From NCBI RefSeq assembly GCF_000015225.1, contig NC_008698.1, positions 1,470,001 to 1,502,000 of the forward strand: a stretch of 32,000 nucleotides of DNA. Direction: 5' to 3'. The position numbers and the translations under genes are program-made. Source of the stretch: Thermofilum pendens Hrk 5 (lineage in GTDB: Archaea > Thermoproteota > Thermoprotei > Thermofilales > Thermofilaceae). Below are positions 15,879 through 22,534 of the stretch, in pieces (the stretch's first letter is position 1; each line of letters starts with the position of its first letter). The notes under the pieces are model-generated. The model was not told the origin of the DNA. It ran no database searches and saw only the letters and a program-made list of their open reading frames with translations.

Positions 15879-16918
15879 TACTGGCGGAGGGTCTCTACTC
15901 GACGACTGACGGCAAGACGGCGCACGGGCTCGTCAGGAAGAGCCTACGCTACAAGATAGTCGGGGTGATAGACAGCACCCTCGCTGGGAGGGATGCAGGC
16001 GAAGTGCTCGACGGGAAACCTCGCGGCATAAAGATATACTCCTCCCTCGAGGAGGCGTTGAAGGAGCACCCCGGGGTAAAGTTCCTCATAATCGGCGTGG
16101 CGACTCCTGGTGGCAGGCTCCCGCCGTCCTACAGGGAGGTGGTGAAGGAGGCGTTGAAGAGGGGGATAAGCGTGGTTTCTGGTTTACACGAGTTTCTCAG
16201 TGACGACCCGGAGCTCTCTAGGATAGCCAGGGAGACTGGCGCCGAAATAATAGACGTGAGGAAGATATACTACAACACCAGGAAGTTCTACACAGGGAAG
16301 ATAAAGGAGGTCAAAGCCCTCAAAGTGGTCGTGATAGGGACGGACTCGGCTGTCGGCAAGAGGACGGTTGCCCACATGGTGACCGACGAGCTCAACGCGA
16401 GGGGAATTAAAGCCGTCTTCGTCGGTACGGGGCAGACTGCCTGGATGCAGGGCGCCAAGTACGTCTTCGTGCTTGACAGCGTGATAAACGACTTCGTCCC
16501 CGGAGTACTGGAGGACGTCGTGTGGAGGGCGTACAGCGAGGAGAAGCCCAAGGTCATAGTCGTGCCGGGTCAGGGTAGCCTGCTTCACCCGGTGTTCCCG
16601 GGGAGCTACGAGATACTGAACCTGTTGAAACCCGAGGTCACCATCCTGCACCACGCGCCAGGTAGGAAGCACTTGGACGGGTTCCCCGAGTACCCGGTTC
16701 CACCCCTGGAGAAGTTCCTGAAGCTCGTCGAGATAATAACCGATAGGAGGGTCTTCGCGATCACTCTCAGCACCGAGGGGCTCTCGGAGCGGGAGGTGCT
16801 CGCCGAGAGGGAGAAGCTTGAGAAGGAGCTCGGGATCCCCGTCGTGGTCCCGATGATCGAGGGCGTCGGGAGGATTGTCGACGAGATAACCAGGAGGTTC
16901 CCGGAAGTGGTGGGCTAA
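15857..16918 (+). CDS. DUF1611-family protein (DgcN-like; CoA-binding-like N-domain plus P-loop-like C-domain)
   Basis: AVILAEG...GKTAHGLVR...VGVIDS..AGRDAGEVL...LIIGVATPGGRLP...VVSGLHEFLSDDPEL...VVIGTDSAVGKRT matches the DUF1611 pattern I recall. The ATG overlaps the upstream gene by 22 nt. Confidence 0.8.
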   Translation: MEEGEAVILAEGLYSTTDGKTAHGLVRKSLRYKIVGVIDSTLAGRDAGEVLDGKPRGIKIYSSLEEALKEHPGVKFLIIGVATPGGRLPPSYREVVKEALKRGISVVSGLHEFLSDDPELSRIARETGAEIIDVRKIYYNTRKFYTGKIKEVKALKVVVIGTDSAVGKRTVAHMVTDELNARGIKAVFVGTGQTAWMQGAKYVFVLDSVINDFVPGVLEDVVWRAYSEEKPKVIVVPGQGSLLHPVFPGSYEILNLLKPEVTILHHAPGRKHLDGFPEYPVPPLEKFLKLVEIITDRRVFAITLSTEGLSEREVLAEREKLEKELGIPVVVPMIEGVGRIVDEITRRFPEVVG

Positions 16919-16920
16919 GA

Positions 16921-18375
16921 GTGGACCTGAAGTGCTTTGACAAGATAACTGTCGGGCCAGTGAAGGTCAAGGGTAGGCGTACGAGCGTTAGGTACGTCTT
17001 GGAGTTCGACGGGTTGAGGAAGGAGTACGAGCTCGTGAACGTTTACCCAGAGGACCTCGACCCTAGGGTGCTCGAGGAGGCTTCCAGCATGGCCGGCATA
17101 GTGCCGGCGGTTAACTACGCACTGTTCGCAGACGAGATAAGGCTCGACGTGAAGCTTCACAGCCTGGACTTGAGGTTCTTCGAGGACATGGCGCGGGTAA
17201 CGGCAGGGGACATCTTCGTGAACAGAATCGTCGCGCGCACAGGGCTCATAAAGGAGGAGTACCTCCCCGACCCGGAGAGCGTGACGCCGGAGGACGCCGA
17301 GCCTCGGGCGACCGTTGTCGCCGAGAACGTGGACGACTCGACGTACCTGGAGGCCGAGCCGGACTACTCGAAGTGCGGCGTCATGTCGTCGGGGGGCAAG
17401 GAGAGCCTGTTCGCGTACGGACTCCTCAGGGAGGCCGGGTGCGAGGTCTACCCGTTCTTCCTCAACGAGGCCGGGAGGCACTGGTGGACGGCGCTCACGG
17501 CCTACAGGGAGCTGTCGAGGAGGGACCCCAACACCAGGAGGGTTTGGAGCAACGTGGACAGGCTGTTCGCGTTCATAGAGAAGAACATGAAGATAGTCGT
17601 CCCGAACTACTGGAGGAAGAACAGGGAGATATATCCCGTCAGGCTCTTCTGGTACGCTCACTACATACTCTCGTTCCTCCCCTTGGCGCTCAAGTACGGC
17701 GTGGGCAACATAGTCATGGGAAACGAGTTCGACGACCCCTCGGGGCTGACGTTCGAGTACAAGGGTATAAGGCACTACTACGCGACTTACGACCAGTCCC
17801 TAGACTTCGACGTCTACATGACGCGGTACTTCGAGGAGAGGGGGCTGGGCATCAAGCAGTGGTCGCCTCTAAGGCCGGTAACACCCATAACGATACTCAG
17901 GATACTCTTCGACAGGTACCCGGACCTCGCGCCGCTCGTAACGAGCTGCCACTCGACGCACGTAGAGAACGGGGTTGTGAAGCCCTGCGGTACCTGCTAC
18001 AAGTGCAACGGCGTCCTGCTCATGCTTCTCGCGGTCGGCGCGGACCCGAGGCTCCTGAGGTACGATGAGAGGCACGTCGAGACTCTCCCGGAGAGGCTGT
18101 CAAAGGGGCTTGTAAGGCTCGAGCCATCCCTGGTCAAGCACTCCCTCTACCTCGTCGCGAGCAGGGGGCTCTGGAGGCTTCCGGGCGCGGAGCCCGTCTG
18201 GCACGTCGAGATGATACACTTCGACGGCATAAACAGCACCCCGGACTTCATCCCGCACAGGGACCTGAGGCTGAGGGTGCTGAGTATCTACGAGAAGTAT
18301 ACGAGGGGGTACGCGAAGCTCGAGAACGGGCAGTGGGTCCAAGTAGACCCGGAGTCGATCCCCGGCCTCAGGTAG
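16921..18375 (+). CDS. PP-loop ATP-pyrophosphatase-like protein with a QueC-like C-x12-C-x2-C-x2-C cluster and an uncharacterised N-domain of about 150 aa
   Basis: PP-loop variant GVMSSGGKESL (SGGxDS with D replaced by E). Later motifs are GNEFDD and SCHSTHVENGVVKPCGTCYKCNG. GTG start 2 nt after the upstream stop. 484 aa. Confidence 0.75.
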   Translation: MDLKCFDKITVGPVKVKGRRTSVRYVLEFDGLRKEYELVNVYPEDLDPRVLEEASSMAGIVPAVNYALFADEIRLDVKLHSLDLRFFEDMARVTAGDIFVNRIVARTGLIKEEYLPDPESVTPEDAEPRATVVAENVDDSTYLEAEPDYSKCGVMSSGGKESLFAYGLLREAGCEVYPFFLNEAGRHWWTALTAYRELSRRDPNTRRVWSNVDRLFAFIEKNMKIVVPNYWRKNREIYPVRLFWYAHYILSFLPLALKYGVGNIVMGNEFDDPSGLTFEYKGIRHYYATYDQSLDFDVYMTRYFEERGLGIKQWSPLRPVTPITILRILFDRYPDLAPLVTSCHSTHVENGVVKPCGTCYKCNGVLLMLLAVGADPRLLRYDERHVETLPERLSKGLVRLEPSLVKHSLYLVASRGLWRLPGAEPVWHVEMIHFDGINSTPDFIPHRDLRLRVLSIYEKYTRGYAKLENGQWVQVDPESIPGLR

Positions 18376-18387
18376 CGGTGCACGGGC

Positions 18388-18900
18388 ATGCCGTTCACGC
18401 CGTTTCACCTGGGGCCTGCTCTCGCCGTGGGGCTTCCGCTCAGGGAGAGGATCCACGCCCCCACGTTCATACTGGCCAGCATCGCGGTGGACGTCGAGCC
18501 GCTAGTAGTGCTCGTGCTGGGGCTCGACTACCCCCTCCACGGCTACCTCCACACGTTCGCCGGCGCCGCGTTGCTGGGGCTGTGCCTAGGGCTCCTGATG
18601 CACGCGACGGAGAAGGTACTCGGGAACGCCTGGAAGAGAGCCCTGCTGGAAGGGTCGCGGAGCGTTGGCTTCGAGGGCTTCGCGGTGGCCGGGATCCTAG
18701 GGTGCACGGTTCACGTTCTGCTCGACTCGCCGCTGTACCCCGACATCAGGCCGCTCTACCCCTACGCCGCGAACCCTCTCTACGACCCCAGTTTAACCCC
18801 GGCCGTCTACCTGCTCTGCTCCGTGCTCCTCCTGGGAGGGCTGGCGTACTACCTATACCTCGCCCTGCAGCATCAGGCGAAGCAAGGGTTAGCCCGCTAG
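18388..18900 (+). CDS. Small polytopic membrane protein, membrane-bound metal-dependent hydrolase-like (DUF457/DUF4184-like)
   Basis: MPFTPFHLGPALAVG N-terminus, with conserved His/Asp in hydrophobic contexts (PLHGYLHTF, VHVLLDSP). ATG lies 12 nt after the upstream stop, with GGTG upstream. Confidence 0.5.
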   Translation: MPFTPFHLGPALAVGLPLRERIHAPTFILASIAVDVEPLVVLVLGLDYPLHGYLHTFAGAALLGLCLGLLMHATEKVLGNAWKRALLEGSRSVGFEGFAVAGILGCTVHVLLDSPLYPDIRPLYPYAANPLYDPSLTPAVYLLCSVLLLGGLAYYLYLALQHQAKQGLAR

Positions 18901-18978
18901 GTCTCTCGGCGGGTTTCTCCGAGCATCTGTGTTGGTTTAGTAGGTGGATCCCACGGGAAAGTAGGGCGCAAGGTATTT

Positions 18979-20625
18979 TTGCGTTCAGCCGTGGAGTTCC
19001 CGGTGGTCTTACGGGTGCCTGAAATAGAGGTCGAGGAGCTTTCGTTTACTTACGCCGGTAAAGGGGAGCCAGCGTTAAGGAACGTTAGCTTGGAAGTAGA
19101 CAAGGGCGAAGTGGTGCTTCTTGCCGGTAGGAGCGGGAGCGGGAAATCTACGCTTTTAAAGGCCATCAATGGGCTGATACCCCATAGGTACTCGGGAACT
19201 TATAAGGGAGCCGTCAGGGTAAGGGGGCTTACCGTAGCAGAAACTCCCGTCTACGAATTGTCGAGAATTGTAGGCACAGTTATGCAGGAGGTCTCGAAGC
19301 AACTATTTCTGCCAACAGTAGCGGATGACGTAGCGTTTGGCCCCTCCAACCTATGCATCGAGAGAGAGGAAATTGAGAGGAGGGTTGAAGAGGCGCTGAG
19401 TAGACTCGGCATACTGCACCTGAAGGATCGCGACGTGAACGAGCTGAGTGGCGGCGAGAAACAGAGAGTAGCCATAGCCGGCGTCTTAGCCATGAAGCCC
19501 GAAATAATACTCATGGATGAGCCTCTAGCCAATCTCGATAGCGAAGGTGTAGCCACGGTTCAAGAGGTGATAAAGAGTTTCCGCGAAGAGGGAAAAACAG
19601 TCGTAATAGCGGAACACAGAGTTGAGGAAGTTCTGGAGGTAGGGGTGGACCGGGTCTTCGTGATGAGAGAGGGAACCATAGTTAGGGAGGTGGAGAGAGT
19701 AGAGGAGCTCGCCAACTTTGCGGATGAACTGAAGGTTCCAGCAGAGGCTTACTTGCCCCCGGGCATCGTGGAGGCTCCACGCATCTCTCTGCCGCATCAC
19801 TCTCCGGGGGTAGTCGCCGTAGAGTTTAGGAATGTGAGCTTTAGCTACGAGGACAAGCCCGTACTCAAAGGGATAAACCTTGAGATACGCGAGGGGGAGA
19901 GAGTCGCGCTTCTCGGAAACAATGGCGCCGGTAAAAGCACAATGGCGAAGCTCATGCTCGGCTTGCTTAAACCTACGGAGGGTAGCGTCCTGGTCTACGG
20001 ACGGGATACCCACACGATGGAAGTCTATGAAGTCGCGCCGATGGTCGGGCTAGTGTTTCAGGATCCTTTCAGCATGCTATTCGCGGAGACCGTGCGAGAA
20101 GAAATAGCATTTGGGCCTAGAAATCTGGGAGTTCCGCCCTCCGAGATACCTGGGAGAGTGGAGGAGGCGGCGGAGAGGTGCTTTGTGAAGCACTTGCTCG
20201 ACTTCTCCCCCTTTGCGTCTAGCCATGGGGAGAAGAAGAGAATATGCGTTGCCTCAATACTATCTATGAAGCCAAGGATTCTGGTGCTGGACGAGCCTAC
20301 AGCGGGGCAGGACTACGCTACATATACTGCTTTCATGGAGTTCGTAGACTCCCTGGTAAACGCCGGCGTCATTAAAACACTTGTACTAATAACGCATGAC
20401 ACCGATCTCGCAGTGGAATACACAGACAGAACAATAGTGCTTGCTAACGGAGAGATAGTGGCAGACGGACCAACTAGGAAAGTGCTTTCAGACTCCTCTG
20501 TGCTTGCAAAGGGGAAGATTCGTGAGACAAGCCTTATTAGGCTAGGCAAAAGGCTCACCGGTGGAAACTACATCTTGTCGAGAAAAGAACTAGCTATGCT
20601 AGCACGTAGCAGGACGCATTCGTAG
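18979..20625 (+). CDS. Fused tandem ECF/CbiO-type ABC ATPase (A-A'), module 1
   Basis: Two NBDs. NBD1: GRSGSGKST / LSGGEKQR / IILMDEP. NBD2: GNNGAGKST / degenerate SSHGEKKR / ILVLDEP. The track start is TTG 18979; GTG 19015 (MPEIEVEELSFTY) aligns better with the paralog's N-terminus. Confidence 0.92.
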   Translation: MRSAVEFPVVLRVPEIEVEELSFTYAGKGEPALRNVSLEVDKGEVVLLAGRSGSGKSTLLKAINGLIPHRYSGTYKGAVRVRGLTVAETPVYELSRIVGTVMQEVSKQLFLPTVADDVAFGPSNLCIEREEIERRVEEALSRLGILHLKDRDVNELSGGEKQRVAIAGVLAMKPEIILMDEPLANLDSEGVATVQEVIKSFREEGKTVVIAEHRVEEVLEVGVDRVFVMREGTIVREVERVEELANFADELKVPAEAYLPPGIVEAPRISLPHHSPGVVAVEFRNVSFSYEDKPVLKGINLEIREGERVALLGNNGAGKSTMAKLMLGLLKPTEGSVLVYGRDTHTMEVYEVAPMVGLVFQDPFSMLFAETVREEIAFGPRNLGVPPSEIPGRVEEAAERCFVKHLLDFSPFASSHGEKKRICVASILSMKPRILVLDEPTAGQDYATYTAFMEFVDSLVNAGVIKTLVLITHDTDLAVEYTDRTIVLANGEIVADGPTRKVLSDSSVLAKGKIRETSLIRLGKRLTGGNYILSRKELAMLARSRTHS

Positions 20626-20665
20626 CACTTAAACGCTAGACCGCGAACCTCCTTCCAGAAAACCA

Positions 20666-20674
20666 TTTTAAATA
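20666..20674 (+). promoter_or_regulatory. TATA box (TTTTAAATA) for the coiled-coil gene
   Basis: Lies 31-39 nt upstream of GTG 20705. Confidence 0.45.
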
Positions 20675-20704
20675 CTTCCGGTTAGTTTTTCTCGGGTTTG
20701 GCTG

Positions 20705-21658
20705 GTGGCGGCGCTGGGTAGGAGGGAGTGGGAGAGGCTTATCAAGGCTTTGGAGGAGGATAGGGAGCTTAGGTACGCGTTAGCCGGTTTGCTGGGCTTC
20801 AGGGATTTGCTCGAGAAGATGGACGCGACGCTGAGCGAGATAAAGGCTTTGAGGGAGGGACAGGAGCAACTGTGGAGAAAACAGGAGAAGCTGTGGGGAG
20901 AGGTGAGAAAGCTCTGGGAGGAAGTCAGAGCGCTGAGAGAGGATCAAAGAAAGCTGTGGGAAGAGGTAAAAGCTCTGAGGGAAAACCAGGAAAAGCTATG
21001 GGAGGAAGTGAAGTCCCTCAGAGAGGGGCAGGGAAAGCTATGGGAAGAAGTTAAGGCGCTGAGAGAGGATCAGAGGAGGCTGTGGGAGGAGGTGAAGGCT
21101 CTCAGGGAAAACCAGGAAAAATTATGGGAGGAAGTTAGAGCTTTAAGAGAGGACCAGGGGAAGCTGTGGGAAGGCCAGCAGAGGCTCTGGGAGGAGGTCA
21201 GGGCGCTGAGAGAAGGGCAGGAGAGGTTGCGTGGAGATGTGGATGGGCTACGCGCCAGTTTTAGGCAACTAGGCGAAGCTGTTGGCATGACACTCGAGTT
21301 CTACGCCGCCGCTTTCCTGGAGAGACTCCTGGCGGAGAAGGGGTACCCGGAGGCTAGGGTCAGGGTTGGCGTCAACCTAGCGTACAAAGGCGTACTAGTA
21401 GAGCTCGACCTCTTCTGCGAGGAGCCGTTGCTAGTGGGGGAAGTGACTACCTACCTGCGCTCCGCCGAGGATGCCGAGAGGGAGGCGGCTAAGCTTATGG
21501 AGAGAGTTAAGGTAGTCGAGGAGATCAGCGGGAGAAAAGTGGAGCTAGCAGTGCTGGCTGTAGCGAACCTCGGCAGAGAAGCCCTAGAGGTCCTGGAGAA
21601 GCTACATAGAGAGAAAGGAGTACTGGTCGTAACCGGTAGAGAACTAGAGTACCCCTAA
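20705..21658 (+). CDS. Coiled-coil repeat protein with a C-terminal alpha/beta domain resembling a PD-(D/E)xK-type nuclease fold
   Basis: aa 43-190 are about 10 units of LWEEV(K/R)ALRE(D/N/G)Q(R/E/G)K. The C-terminal part, LEFYAAAFLERLL...VLVELDLF..LLVGEVTTYL...VELAVLAV, has an E...D...E-x-(K replaced by T) layout. Confidence 0.8.
   Translation: MAALGRREWERLIKALEEDRELRYALAGLLGFRDLLEKMDATLSEIKALREGQEQLWRKQEKLWGEVRKLWEEVRALREDQRKLWEEVKALRENQEKLWEEVKSLREGQGKLWEEVKALREDQRRLWEEVKALRENQEKLWEEVRALREDQGKLWEGQQRLWEEVRALREGQERLRGDVDGLRASFRQLGEAVGMTLEFYAAAFLERLLAEKGYPEARVRVGVNLAYKGVLVELDLFCEEPLLVGEVTTYLRSAEDAEREAAKLMERVKVVEEISGRKVELAVLAVANLGREALEVLEKLHREKGVLVVTGRELEYP
20831..21268 (+). repeat. In-frame tandem repeat, 42-nt (14-aa) period with three 21-nt half units
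   Basis: Unit starts are at 20831, 20870, 20891, 20912, 20954, 20996, 21038, 21080, 21122, 21164, 21185 and 21227. The units differ mostly at synonymous or conservative positions. Confidence 0.9.
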
Positions 21659-21743
21659 ACCACTCAAAACCCAGCCGCCGGTGCATGCTCCGCGCGCCCA
21701 GGAGAAGCCTTTAAGCATTCTTCCCGTATTTCTGAGCGTTAGG

Positions 21744-21751
21744 TATTTATA
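21744..21751 (+). promoter_or_regulatory. TATA box (TATTTATA) for ECF module 2
   Basis: Lies 29-36 nt upstream of TTG 21780. Confidence 0.45.
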
Positions 21752-21779
21752 GGACCTGGAAACAGGGCTTGAAGGGCAC

Positions 21780-22532
21780 TTGGGTACCACCCTTAAGGAA
21801 AGCTCGGGTGTAAAGAGAAGGATAAGCACGCAGGACGTTGCCCTCGTCGCCGTTATGGCTGCTCTCGCCAACGTCCTGGGCTTCTTCGCTATACCTGGCC
21901 CCTGGAACATACAGTTCAGCATGACCGGGATCCCGATACTTCTAGTAGCCTTCACGAGAGGCCCTCTGCTAGGAGCCCTTACAGGCCTCCTCGGCGGCTA
22001 CGTCCAGGCGGTGAAGTACGGGTGGGAGGGCTACGTTGTCTACACAGCCATACAGGGCGGCGTGGCAGGCTTCTTCGCGAAGAAGGTGAGACTGCTCAGG
22101 GTACTAGCGCCTCCATTCTTCTTCTTCGGCGGCTTCTTCTTAACGTGGTGGGTCGACCAGATGAGGTACGGCAAGGTGACCTTCGAGGACCTAGTATCAA
22201 TGACCCAGCGAGCCGTGGCGGCAGGTCCGGAGACCGGGCTGGCCGTGCCCTACGTCTCCATAGTCAGCGGCGTTGTGGCAGCGGCGGTAGCCGCCCTGCT
22301 GGTCCTAAGGTTCCCCGAGAATAGAAGGTTGTTGCTCACGCTGGCTGGCTGCATGGGGGCCATAGCCTACGTGCCCTACGATGCCTTCGCCCTCTACGTT
22401 GTGCAACAGTACCCGTGGATCCCCACGTGGTTCGTGCTGGCAAAGGACCTAGTCCAGGACTTCGTAGCGGCAGGCATCACGGCCAGCATACTCGAGAACA
22501 AGAGGGTTAGGAGGCTACTGGGGGGTGCGTAG
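21780..22532 (+). CDS. ECF transporter S component-like membrane protein, module 2; specificity unknown
   Basis: 250 aa, polytopic. The N-terminal ISTQDVALVAVMAALANVLGFFAIPGP..FSMTGIPILLVAF is typical of S components. TTG start. Its stop lies 2 nt before the ATPase start. Confidence 0.6.
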   Translation: MGTTLKESSGVKRRISTQDVALVAVMAALANVLGFFAIPGPWNIQFSMTGIPILLVAFTRGPLLGALTGLLGGYVQAVKYGWEGYVVYTAIQGGVAGFFAKKVRLLRVLAPPFFFFGGFFLTWWVDQMRYGKVTFEDLVSMTQRAVAAGPETGLAVPYVSIVSGVVAAAVAALLVLRFPENRRLLLTLAGCMGAIAYVPYDAFALYVVQQYPWIPTWFVLAKDLVQDFVAAGITASILENKRVRRLLGGA

Positions 22533-22534
22533 GA

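Noticed and set aside
16915-17775. 286-aa minus-strand ORF inside the PP-loop gene, together with the plus-strand alternative-frame ORFs 17373-18068 and 18333-19022
   Set aside because: These are Arg/Pro/Gly/Val/Glu-rich, low-complexity translations with no motifs. They are fully nested in or overlap genes that carry clear catalytic motifs, so they are a GC-rich shadow-ORF artefact.
20831-21268. Regular 42-nt repeats considered as a possible CRISPR array or minisatellite
   Set aside because: The units are contiguous with no unique spacers. They are in frame within a 317-aa ORF and encode a heptad-compatible coiled-coil. This is a coding tandem repeat, not a CRISPR array.
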